Both the position numbers and the translations under genes were made by a program. Positions 54,401 to 63,602 of a stretch of DNA of 64,000 nt are shown piece after piece; position 1 is the stretch's first letter, and every line of letters starts with the position of its first letter. This stretch comes from Caecitellus pseudoparvulus (Eukaryota > Protista > Bigyra: Bicosoecida). The stretch is taken from contig CBFFRQ010000016.1 of NCBI GenBank assembly GCA_965644315.1, forward strand, positions 69,364 to 133,363, written 5' to 3'. The notes below the pieces were generated by a model that did not search any database, had not been told where the DNA came from, and saw nothing but the letters and a program-made list of their open reading frames with translations.

Positions 54401-55034
54401 CAACGAGGCACTGCTGGAGCAGCGCCCTGTGCGCCGAGAGGACCGCCTCATGACGCCCTACATGTGGCGCAACATGATCGGACACTCCATCGTGCAGGTG
54501 GCGCTGCTGCTGTGGCTGTCTCTGGACCGCAGCGGTGCGGAGGTGTTCTTGCTGGACTCCGACAAGCACTTCCAGGACCAGCTGCACTACACCTGTGTCT
54601 TCAACGCCTTCGTGTGGCTGCAGATCACCAACAAGATCAACTGCCGCAAGCTGCACAACGAGCTGAACGTGTTCGAGGGCATCTTCGAGTCAGGCATCTC
54701 ACTCTTCATCATCCTGGTCATCATTGCCGGGCAAGTCTTCATCGTGGAGGTTGGCGGCGACATCACCCTCACCAGCAACCTGGGCGTGGAGCAGTGGTTC
54801 ATCTGCATTGCCCTGGGCCTCATCTCCTTCCCCGTTGGCTTCCTGCTCAAGTTCGTCCCGATCCCCGCCCGCTTCCTGGAGGATGAGGAGGGTGAGGGCG
54901 CCGACCAGTCCAGCGCCCAGTCCGGCGCCGGCGCAGCCTCTTCTTCTGACGCTGTGCTCTCCAGCCCGACCGAGGAGGGCCCTGGTGCCACCTCCGAGAA
55001 GCTCGTCGCTGAGGGCTCTGGCCCTGAGGCGTGA
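51480..55034 (+). CDS. P2B-type Ca2+-transporting ATPase (PMCA/ACA); introns 51822-51895, 51962-52050, 52142-52212, 54079-54149 and 54207-54273
   Basis: TGES, VAVPEGLPLAVT, CSDKTGT, KGASE, TGDGTNDAPAL, ENIRKFLQFQLTIN, QLLWINLIMD. Strong C-ending codon bias. Confidence 0.97.
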   Translation: MAAEGQLASPGDVELGSAGTKPAQAAGPSSDFQVDKSQLEVLAENRELPDLEAIGGVESLANKLHSNVHSGLTDAQVELNREKFGRNVMPDKPVKTLLQHFWESLDDLTLAILQVCCSAWAPSSAKSAHLPCRSLPPPRWLVSSPSSSVSQFPRPTAIGSRCVFSSGHARWCAITSTSQCSSPHSSLPGSGCRHSGCRDCRLWRDELPELYSGPAVRCPVWCVDDEAVAVLGALLHCTYPLPLAAVKEDRLVEVRRNGQDVDISIYDVVVGDLFRAKSGEVMPCDGVLVSGQNVKADESSMTGESKAVAKSPRFPFMVGGSKLVSGDGRLLVTTVGEDTSYGRIVKAIQNEPEKETPLQQKLERLAIQIGYVGFVFGALTTVVIIIAYFASGRSDTAGVDGQASIFIEMLRAIVLGITIVVVAVPEGLPLAVTISLAFSMKRMYSDKCLVRELAACETMGSATAICSDKTGTLTENRMTVKRGSFLGNWVNGAPSSTADVGGDATAVQVVSHSCALNATARVQYPDGPDGKPFYVNSPTEGCLLHMVHEAFGVDFDALRDSLDYEVPFYREPFSSERKRMTTVHKGVEEWHGDYVCFVKGASEIVLGSDIAAKWRTTDGEILSLDDEVPEKYAAAAGAKAGETMRQVLLRNVDEMASDGFRTLGIGYRPMAAADLPMGAEDADARDSIMSRALHSGELEAGLIITAVVGIEDPVRAGVPEAVARCMSAGIRVRMCTGDNQKTAANIAKQCGILAEGAPIEGHVMLGKAFRALSDEQRLAALPTLDVLARSSPHDKLLLVKGLQTLGETVSVTGDGTNDAPALTAADIGLAMGIAGTEVAKEASKIVITDDRFTSIVTAVKWGRSVLGASPPPRPPRPPLHPHTPARFPPQRTSASSCSSSSPSTSSLSSVRALPSLQCGCQCFTPSHSPSAVTIIIATTNEGDTSRFPINPVQLLWINLIMDSFAALALATEPPNEALLEQRPVRREDRLMTPYMWRNMIGHSIVQVALLLWLSLDRSGAEVFLLDSDKHFQDQLHYTCVFNAFVWLQITNKINCRKLHNELNVFEGIFESGISLFIILVIIAGQVFIVEVGGDITLTSNLGVEQWFICIALGLISFPVGFLLKFVPIPARFLEDEEGEGADQSSAQSGAGAASSSDAVLSSPTEEGPGATSEKLVAEGSGPEA

Positions 55035-55209
55035 GAGGCGCCAGAGCGGCGACCTCCCGCAGCTGGGCCCTGCAAGCAATGCACCTGCGCCCGGACCTCA
55101 GTGTGAACGTTCACCCATAATCCGCACCTAAGCTAGTCTCGCGAGCGCAGCCACAATGTGCTCGGCAGCCACGGCCCCTGCCCGCTTTACGCTTGCCAGG
55201 CTGAGCATT

Positions 55210-55219
55210 CAATTTCCGC
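55210..55219 (+). promoter_or_regulatory. CAATTTCCGC upstream element
   Basis: Perfect copy ~40 nt upstream of the PIG-X ATG. Confidence 0.6.
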
Positions 55220-55258
55220 AGGCAAGCCCCCGTCGAAGTGTCAGTGCGGCACCGAGCG

Positions 55259-57295
55259 ATGGGGGGCCCTGTCCGTGCATGCAAGGCTTTGGTTCTGGGC
55301 TGCATCGCCGCTGCTTTGGCGTCCTGCCATGCAGTGCACACGACGTTGACCACATGGCAGGGCGACGCCGGTCTGAACGCGGCGCTTGTGGAGGATGTCA
55401 TGCTGTTTCCCTTGCCCCCCTCTGTGCAGTGGCCAGGTGGGGCTGTGAAGGCACTGGACGTGGATTTGAAGCTGACGGTGTCCACTTCTGTCTGGGGTTA
55501 TGCGGGGCTCCTGCCAGGCCAGCGTGCGTCCCTGCTTGTTGCCGAGGAAGGCTGGGCTGAGCCTGGCGTCGTGTGGCCCCCCGCCGCCGCGGCAAATGCC
55601 TCCCTCCTGGCCAAGGCGGCGGCGCTGCTGGAGGCGACTCTGCCAGCAGTCACATCATCTCCACTGGCCTTTGGCAGCGCCTCCTTGGTGCGGGAGCTGC
55701 AGGCCCCTGCCGTCGCGCACCCTGCGGTGGCTACCCGTGCCGGACAGCTGCAGCTGCCGCTGCCCGCCCACGAGCCCGCCAGTGCACGGGCGAATTTGCA
55801 GTGGCATTCTGCAGTGGAAGTTCCATCTTCCGAGACGTGGAGGACCTTTGGGAAGCCCGGCGGCAAGCAGCCGCTGTCTGCGGCCTCGGAGCCGGGGTTG
55901 CGGTGGGGCGGCGGTTTGGCTCACGCTGAGCAGAGTGACGTCGTGCTCTCTGCAAGTCTCGACCACATCGTCCCGGGTGATGTGCATCAAGGTGGCATCA
56001 TGGGGGCAGTTCCGGGCTTGCCTGCACTGGGTGCTGCGCCTGATGAAGTCACCGCAGTGCACATGAGTCTGGTGCCTGCGCTGAAGGCAGGCTTCGTCCA
56101 GGCGCGACTGACGCGCGTGCTGGAGTTTGGACGGACCCCTGCTGCTCCTCCACAGCTGCAGGTTCCATCAGATTCCCTTCTACAGGCGCAGGGGCTTGTT
56201 CCTTGCGCTGAGGCCGAGTGGGCTCAGCCAGTGGATTTGAGCAGCCTTGCAGAAGCCGGCCGCACGACAGCGGTGGTGTCTCACAGCCCGGAAAACTGCA
56301 CAGTGTCCAGAACAAGCAGAGACGGTGGACAGGGTGCTGTGCTACCTGCTTTGCTGCAGCCCAGCACTTCCATCATGCCAGCACGAGTGGAGCGCCGCGT
56401 ACTGGACACGGGTTTGCATCGAGAGGTGGTGTACAAAGCCACAGCCACCATTCCAAGCCTGCATTCTGCCCCGGGGCACACCTGTTTTGCCGCCATTCAA
56501 CAGCGCCTGGAGCGCACTGCGTATGTTGACTTGGATGAGCTGCGGGAAGTGCAGCGTGTGGGCGGGCCTGACTTTGCGTCGCACACACATTACATTGACG
56601 TCGAGCGGCCGGCTTCTGCTTCCACCCAGCACGAAGTGTTCTGGATCTTCCCACTCCCTGTGGTTCGACACGGCACGCCAAATTGGACAGAGGCAGCGGA
56701 GGCATGGACAGCGTCGCAGTGGCTCCCATTGAGCGTGGCTGATCATCATGCCCCTTCAGATTATGCCGTGGCTGCGGCTTCTCCTTGGGCAGTCCAGGCA
56801 GCCAGGCAAATGCTGAACTCATCGCTCACTGCGACTCAGTCTGGTATGCGCGTGGATGCGCAGCTGCGCTTTCCCATCCACGTGCGGTACCAGTCAGCTG
56901 GGTGCGCTGCAGGTGATGCAGGGGATGCCTCGGGCCTCTTCAGGGTGCCCACGCCTCGTGAAGACGCCACTGTCCTGCCACTCTTTGGCAGCTGCTACGC
57001 AGGTGTGCATCTTCCCATGCCAACGGTCCACATTCAGTGCGGGGACTCCCCGTGGCAAGCACTTGCCACTCACAGCTCTGCTTGGCCACCCGCGTCCACA
57101 AGTGGGTTGCCCGCCGACTTTCCCAGCCCGGCCCATCCCCAGCAGCCAGGGACTTCGACCCCTCCGCTTGTGCCTGTACCAGTAGGCATCGCATGGCAGC
57201 TGAACGTTGTCAGCACCCTCACTGCCGCTCTGACATTGTGTGGAGCAGCCTTGGTTGCAGCTGCAGGCTGGTGGGGCAGCGCCCCCCTTCGTTGA
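55259..57295 (+). CDS. PIGX: PIG-X/PBN1-like GPI mannosyltransferase I subunit with extended N-terminus
   Basis: Signal peptide, TGLHR, YVDLDEL, DVERP, PIHVRY, VPVG, C-terminal TM. Confidence 0.8.
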   Translation: MGGPVRACKALVLGCIAAALASCHAVHTTLTTWQGDAGLNAALVEDVMLFPLPPSVQWPGGAVKALDVDLKLTVSTSVWGYAGLLPGQRASLLVAEEGWAEPGVVWPPAAAANASLLAKAAALLEATLPAVTSSPLAFGSASLVRELQAPAVAHPAVATRAGQLQLPLPAHEPASARANLQWHSAVEVPSSETWRTFGKPGGKQPLSAASEPGLRWGGGLAHAEQSDVVLSASLDHIVPGDVHQGGIMGAVPGLPALGAAPDEVTAVHMSLVPALKAGFVQARLTRVLEFGRTPAAPPQLQVPSDSLLQAQGLVPCAEAEWAQPVDLSSLAEAGRTTAVVSHSPENCTVSRTSRDGGQGAVLPALLQPSTSIMPARVERRVLDTGLHREVVYKATATIPSLHSAPGHTCFAAIQQRLERTAYVDLDELREVQRVGGPDFASHTHYIDVERPASASTQHEVFWIFPLPVVRHGTPNWTEAAEAWTASQWLPLSVADHHAPSDYAVAAASPWAVQAARQMLNSSLTATQSGMRVDAQLRFPIHVRYQSAGCAAGDAGDASGLFRVPTPREDATVLPLFGSCYAGVHLPMPTVHIQCGDSPWQALATHSSAWPPASTSGLPADFPSPAHPQQPGTSTPPLVPVPVGIAWQLNVVSTLTAALTLCGAALVAAAGWWGSAPLR

Positions 57296-57388
57296 TGAGC
57301 ACGCTGGCCCACACTACACGAAGCATGCCGACTGTGAGATGGACGCATGTTCGGTGCTTGAGCCAGCGGGGACCGGCAGACTGGCGCA

Positions 57389-60300
57389 TCACCCGTTCCA
57401 CTTCCCTGTGCTGCGAGCGTGCACGATTTTCTGCGGCGCTGGAACGGGTCTTGGCACCCTTACTTTCAGCGGGTTCTGAAATGCAAGGGTCACATGGCTC
57501 GGGGCAGGAAACGGAACTTGTGGAGTCTGTGCGCTTGGTTGAGGCCGAACTTTCCTGCAAGGAAACAGCTCTCCTGCCTCGTCCGAACTGGAGCTGCACG
57601 TGCTGGAATCGCCACGAAGCTCGGCATCGCTTTGTGAGAGGTCTTCACTGGCAGACGACGAGCCAGGCGACCCTCCGGCAGTTGAGCTGGACCCTTGCTG
57701 GTCCACATCAACGTGGGTATGCGAAAAAGCATGTGGCGTCGATGGCACCTTTCCACTCCGCTCTTGCACGCAAGCGGAGGGACTAGAGGTCCCTCCCACG
57801 AAACTTGCCCTTTGCCGAGCAAGAAGCACGTTTCCTGGTCGCGAAGCGACAGCTGAGAATAGGTACAAGTCCAGCAGCCCCACCGGATGCCAGTCCGGAT
57901 CGTCTGGTTTCAGGGGCAGGCCGCTCCCGTCGCGCCCTCTGAGGAATGCTTCGTTGTACCCGCACTGTCGGCGGTACGTGTCGTTGTGCAGGATGTTGTA
58001 CGAAGACAAACCACTGAGTATGGGCTTTCCAGTGGGACTCGAGGGCCTCCGAAGCTGTGTAAAGGTCCGTCGGTACATCTCAGTTTTGTGTTGGCGAGCC
58101 AGGGGCTGTGGGGAGCAGCCAACTCCCTTTCCGCATGAAATCACCTGCAGCAAGCAGCCCAGCCCCCCTCCGAGGTATCGAGCGAGGAAAACCACAGCTG
58201 CGACGATGACAAGCGCCACAGTTGACACCCACAGTGGGGCAAGGCTCGGGTTACAGGCTCGAATCAGCACCCCCGTGATGAGGCCTTTTGCCGTGACCAA
58301 CCCTGTCACCTGGTCCATTCCTGCGTGCTCGGCGGCCCAGGAGCATTGCTGGGGGATGGCTGACCACACCGCACCATCGCCATGCCAGTCGGGCTTTTCA
58401 CCAAGCGGCCCTGGTGTGCCCAACGCCCACACGGCAAACAAGGAACGAAAGAGGATGGCGGGAAACATGGCGTTTGTCAAGTCGATCAGCTCCACGCTGT
58501 AGTGCGGTGGGGTTCGGTGCAGTCGCAGGAAGGCACCGAGCTCCACCCAGTACCACACAATGCAGGAGGTGAGCCCTACCATGCTCAGCACTGGCATGCA
58601 GCTGCTGAAAAGAAGGCATACAGACACTGTGTTCATGAACTGTGCGATGCGCTTAGCGGGCTGGTGTGGAGGGCCGGTGAAGGCGTCATTCATGTCACTC
58701 TGGCTTCGGGCGGTTGTCGCAAGGCGGCGTTGACTGAGGAGAGCCGCTCGCACGGCCACGCCTAAGTGGGGTGTAGCGATGTTCAAGAGCATGGTCAACA
58801 TGAGCCCCGAACCCACAACCTCATACCATTGTGGCGTGGTGTCCGCGAACGCAGCTGGGCTGTCCCCCAGGATATCAACGGGCAGCGGCACCGCGGCACT
58901 TACCAGCAGGGGGACTCCAACCGTGTTTAGCAGCTGCATGATGAAAAGCCTTTGTGAAAAGAACTTGTTCTCGCTGGACTTTGACTTGTGCCCTTCCATG
59001 CCGACCAGGCGCTGCATGACGAAGCTAAGAACTTGGTTCAACACCACTGTGGCGGTAGCTGCCCCCATCGCCAAGGAGTTCGCTGTGATTCGCGTCTGCA
59101 GCCAATCTCGGCAGCTAGGAATCAAGTTCAATAGGTTCGGACTGCTGACGAGGACTTCAGGGCAGACGACGTCCGGGCAGCGGTCACTGAGCTCGTGAGC
59201 CATGAGGGCCGTGCGGTTCATCGATGTCCATGCCACGCCCAGGCAACGGCAGCCAAGCGAGAGAGTCTCATTCCCAGGAGCACTCGGCTCATCGGCGCAA
59301 ACACCTTCGGATGGTGGCAGGAGCGACCTGGCGACCACGCTGGCCGCCAGACTCATCCCGAGGCTCACAGCAACCACAGCGAGCGACACAGCAAACGTGA
59401 ACCCCCGGCGGCCCCAACGAGACCAAGGCTCCATGGCAAAGCTCGGCCATATAATGACATCAGGCGGGGGAGCTTTCCTCGCCACCAAAGCGCGGCGGGA
59501 TGGGCCTCCATCCTGCATGTACTCAATCTGCAAGTGACGCGGCTGGCACAAGCGCATGCAGCCCCTGTTTGCGAAGACAGCCATGGCGGCCTCCTGACCT
59601 GCCAGGGTCTCGAAGGTGACAAATGCTCCTTTGCACTGAAAGTCATTGTTCACAGCCCCCATGACCATAATATTTCGCGCTGAGTGGGTCAGCTCATCTT
59701 CCCTGCCTTGGATGCGGGCAAGCTTCGCCTCTATGCCCGCGATGGCTCGTGTCCGAAGCCGCAGGCATGGACAGCAACCCTCTTGACGACCCACGCTGTA
59801 GGCATGGTCGCTTCGGAAGTCCCAGCCCTTTTGTGCAGCCAACTCGTCGTACTGCACCAGCGGGCCCCCAGACCACGAGTCACCCCTCATGAAACGCAGC
59901 AGTGCATGCTTTGTCTGCAGTCGCTCTGAGACCCGAGCCAACCCCCCTTTCTCTTGGTACACCTGCATGAGGTCAAAGCTGTCTTCGATCATGACCACTT
60001 CGCGAATCGGGTGCGGCGAGCCGTCAGCCTTGAGCACTGTGTTCTCCAGGTGGGCCTTCAACTGCCTGCCCCGCCTGTCGCTGCGGGGAGGCACCCACGG
60101 AAAGTACACCGTGAAAGCATCAGCTCCCAGGCTTTCTCGTCCAACCTGCGCAGCTTCTACATGTTTGTGTCGCACGAGCCATACAAAAGAACAGAACAAC
60201 ACGACCAGGGTAGCGCTCTCCGCCCAGGACATGTGCAACAGCATGTCCGTCTTGGACAGAGAACAGCCCCCCTCCATGCCTCCGAAGCGGGTGGGCAGAA

Positions 60301-60820
60301 GGGAGCACCACGGTTCTGTGAGTGTCACCTTGTCATCCTGAGACTGTATGTTGCCGAGGGTGAGCCGGCTGATGGAGGTCGTGAAGGATGCCTGGCTTGC
60401 TGACGTTCCCTTCCCATGTGATGAGAAAATAAGCGTCGGAAGTGACAGGACAGACACAATGGCAAAGGTGCCGATGAACAGCTTCATCATTTTGAACCAG
60501 CTTGTGATTCCGGAGCCAAAGGACCGCAAGTCTGACGCCCGGCCTTCACAGCAACAGTCACAGCACAGCGCGAGCCGATCGCAGCACCGGGGAACAAAGC
60601 GGCCCGTCTTGACCGTCCAAGGGATTGGTCGTCGGCGACCGTGTCTGTCTCTCTCATGTGGGTGCTTCAGCAAGGCGTACGCCAGCGCCTTCCGTCGAGA
60701 TGGCGCGAAGCCACTGCGAAGCGCTTGGCTGCACCTTCGCATGGCAGAGGCGGTGGAGGCGCGACCAAACACCCTGGATGCCCCGCCGGCAGTTGTCTGC
60801 GTTTGTCCTTGCTGTGGCAT
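57389..60820 (-). CDS. OSCA/TMEM63/CSC1-like mechanosensitive channel
   Basis: FGSGITSWF, GAFVTFET, APPPDVIIW, WYEVVG, FLRLHRTPPHY and about 10 hydrophobic segments. Start uncertain (ATG 60820 or 60742). Confidence 0.82.
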   Translation of the reverse strand: MPQQGQTQTTAGGASRVFGRASTASAMRRCSQALRSGFAPSRRKALAYALLKHPHERDRHGRRRPIPWTVKTGRFVPRCCDRLALCCDCCCEGRASDLRSFGSGITSWFKMMKLFIGTFAIVSVLSLPTLIFSSHGKGTSASQASFTTSISRLTLGNIQSQDDKVTLTEPWCSLLPTRFGGMEGGCSLSKTDMLLHMSWAESATLVVLFCSFVWLVRHKHVEAAQVGRESLGADAFTVYFPWVPPRSDRRGRQLKAHLENTVLKADGSPHPIREVVMIEDSFDLMQVYQEKGGLARVSERLQTKHALLRFMRGDSWSGGPLVQYDELAAQKGWDFRSDHAYSVGRQEGCCPCLRLRTRAIAGIEAKLARIQGREDELTHSARNIMVMGAVNNDFQCKGAFVTFETLAGQEAAMAVFANRGCMRLCQPRHLQIEYMQDGGPSRRALVARKAPPPDVIIWPSFAMEPWSRWGRRGFTFAVSLAVVAVSLGMSLAASVVARSLLPPSEGVCADEPSAPGNETLSLGCRCLGVAWTSMNRTALMAHELSDRCPDVVCPEVLVSSPNLLNLIPSCRDWLQTRITANSLAMGAATATVVLNQVLSFVMQRLVGMEGHKSKSSENKFFSQRLFIMQLLNTVGVPLLVSAAVPLPVDILGDSPAAFADTTPQWYEVVGSGLMLTMLLNIATPHLGVAVRAALLSQRRLATTARSQSDMNDAFTGPPHQPAKRIAQFMNTVSVCLLFSSCMPVLSMVGLTSCIVWYWVELGAFLRLHRTPPHYSVELIDLTNAMFPAILFRSLFAVWALGTPGPLGEKPDWHGDGAVWSAIPQQCSWAAEHAGMDQVTGLVTAKGLITGVLIRACNPSLAPLWVSTVALVIVAAVVFLARYLGGGLGCLLQVISCGKGVGCSPQPLARQHKTEMYRRTFTQLRRPSSPTGKPILSGLSSYNILHNDTYRRQCGYNEAFLRGRDGSGLPLKPDDPDWHPVGLLDLYLFSAVASRPGNVLLARQRASFVGGTSSPSACVQERSGKVPSTPHAFSHTHVDVDQQGSSSTAGGSPGSSSASEDLSQSDAELRGDSSTCSSSSDEAGELFPCRKVRPQPSAQTPQVPFPAPSHVTLAFQNPLKVRVPRPVPAPQKIVHARSTGKWNG

Positions 60821-61450
60821 GGGTCGCTCGGTGCTGCCCAGCAGAGTTGAGGCCTCAAACGCAGTGTCCCGGAGGTGCACTGCACCTCACAAGCTCCAAA
60901 CACCAAACGCACACCTCCAGCAAGGCTTCGGAGCTGGCCATGTGACGGTTTGCGTAGCAAATAGTTAATCCCATCACGCTTGGGCTCGGGTCAGGGCTTG
61001 CTTTCAGGCGGGTTTGCTTTTTTGTGTGGCGCGCTGGCAATTGGTGCTCGTTTACGAGTCAACTGCAGCCTGCCCAGGCAGCGAGGCCTAGGCCTCCTTT
61101 CGCACACCCCCAGGGCACACTTCACTAGGTTTTCAAGGACTTTGACAACAGTCACTGACGAGGGGGGAATCAGCCAGCCGCTCTTGCAACGCTCCACCGC
61201 ACCGCACGTGGCTGAACTTGGCGAGCTTGAAAGACCCGCAAGGCTCCACAGAGTGTCGATCCCAATTTCAAAACCCATCTACAACCTTCCTGGCAGAAGC
61301 TAGCAGGGGAAGGGGGCATAGCGTGCCTTTGGCTCTGTGCGCTCAGGCACAACGAGATGACCTCGTGTGGCTCGGGCTGGTAGAGCATCAGAGCCAGGCG
61401 TGCAAGCATCCAGGCAGCAGGACTGCATCCCTGTGGCGTCTCAGAGGATC

Positions 61451-63602
61451 ATGTACACTGCACCACGCTTAGCCAGGAGGTCTGTGGCCCACCGTGCCTC
61501 GAGCAATGAGATCTTCCTCCTTGTGAGTTGCCCAGGCTGGCCAGCCAACCGCCACCAAGCCAGCTGCAGTGCACTTGCCAACCCACCGCGCTGCCTCGCA
61601 GGCGCTGTTTCTGGCTGCCGCAACAGTTGTGCTCATTGGTCTCGGGTACCAAAGCACCATCATGCGACAGGTGGGCGCCCCCATTGCGACTGGATCTCTC
61701 TTGGTGCTGCTGCTCACAAGGCGTGAGGCGTGGCTCAGCACAGCCTATGCCGTGCATGTGGCGTTTGCTGTGTTGCTGTACTTGCTGGCTGACCTGATCG
61801 TGCTAGAGCCCATCCAGTCCAATCTTCACCCACTGGCATTTCTTCTCATGGCCGGCGGCAACATGGCCCTCGCAGCTGCCTTCTGGTCACCCAGCGTCTC
61901 CACACGCAGGCTGTGGGAGCCCGGCGTTGACCTGTCCTGGGGCGCCCCTGCCCACCTATCAGCACGAGTGCCTGCGAATTTTGTGCGGGCCTTGCCGGGC
62001 ATGGTGCTTGTTGCGGGGATCGTGCTGCTTGTGAAGCTCCGAGGACTTCAAGACAGCGTGGAGCCTTTGGTGGACACGTCCGCTTCCGCCGTGGCAGCCG
62101 TAGCTTTCGTCGTGACACAGGGCTTGTTGCTGTGGCGAGTGCTTGCCCGAGTTGGGTATCGATCGCCAACCATGTCAATGGCACTGCAGTTGGTGCGCCA
62201 GCAGCGCGCGGCTGGGCAGCCGATGGCCGGTGGGACTGTTGCCGCGGCTGCAGAAGCAGCGGCTGCCTCCAGCGCCTCCCGCAGATTCAGCGCCGCTGCC
62301 ACCATAAGCTCGTCTTCTGATCGAATGGAAGCGCTCCGTGGAAGTTTCACCAAGCGCACTGACGGCGGCGAAGCTCCTGCACCATCGTTCATTGAAGCGC
62401 GACTGCGTGGCTCAGCCACACCGTCCCACAGCCGGTCGCATCGCACGCTCATGAATGAAGCGGCTTGTGGCCGGATTCTGGAGGCTTATGGACAAAGCGA
62501 AAGCATGGAACGCCGGTGCAATCAGTGGGTCGGCGTTCTTGGAGGCATTTGCGTCATCTGTGCTCAAGTGCTTGGCGCCTTGGCAGTCTGGTGGGGCGTG
62601 GGGCGAGACGGCGAGTACGACCTGTCGTCAGCCGGGCCTGCAGGAGCTGTCATTGGCTATGCCTTGCTCTCCTGGGCAGGCCAAGTTGCTTTCATCGTGT
62701 CTGTGCCGATGGTGCAAGAGCCCATGGGCAGCGTGCAGGACCCGTACGTCAGCCCGGCCCCGTTCCCTGGCCCATGTGCCAACGTGCTCTTCGTGCTGCC
62801 GCCAGGGGGCTATGATGCAGCCTCCACTGCCATTGTGTGGTCGTACCTCACCCAGCGTGGACACATGGTGCGTGTCGCCACGCTGGGCGGCCAGCAACCC
62901 CAACCTGATACGTGCTCCTTAACTGGCATCGGGCCCGGTGGCGACATGCTGCGTGTGGGGCCAGTGGTGTTGGCCATGTACGAAGACATGCGGCGCAGCG
63001 CAGCCTTTCAGCGCCCATGGGCGCTGGATGCAGTTGATGCCAGCGCCGTAGATTGTGTCTTCGTGGCAGATAGCGCCCCCGAGCCCGAGGCAAACGCTGC
63101 ACACACTGACGCTGCGCTGTGTGCAGCTGTGCGAGCGGCACTGGATGGAAAAGGCACTTTGGTGGCGTGTTTGGGGCGTGGAGTCGTACCTGTCGCATTT
63201 GCACTGTCAAAGTGGGCAACTGCAGACAGTCAAGTAGGGCGGACGTGGCGTGTAGCCGTGCAGGCCCAGAGCCAAGAAATTCTCCTGGGTGCGGCTATGT
63301 TGGCTTGTGGCGCAGGCTGGGCGAACCTGTGTGGCTCTTGCCGAGGCAGTGCAGCCCACAGGGTGGCGCGAGTCGCGGAGGAGCGTGGTGTGGTCTTGCA
63401 CGGGCCAAATGCGTGGCTGCGGATGGGCAGTGCGTGGGACGACTCCGCAGCCTTTGTGGTGGAAGACGAAGTCTGCATCAGCGGCAGGTGGAGAGGTGAC
63501 GCTTGGCTCTTGGCCCGCCGTTTGGCTGTCGCGCTTGAGAGCGGAGTAGTCGGCGCGTGGTGCAGCGAGGAAGCACAGGTCGACCACCAGGAATCGCAGT
63601 GA
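61451..63602 (+). CDS. Multi-TM protein fused to a DJ-1/PfpI (class I GATase-like) domain; intron 61523-61601
   Basis: About 8 hydrophobic segments, then VLFVLPPGGYD...GHMVRVATLGG...AFVVEDEVCISGRWRGDA, which matches the PfpI-like pattern. Exon 1 from ATG 61451 joins in phase. Confidence 0.7.

Noticed and set aside
2216-61601. Introner-like mobile introns
   Set aside because: The reconstructed introns share only splice signals and C-rich 3' ends; I saw no shared internal sequence or terminal repeats.
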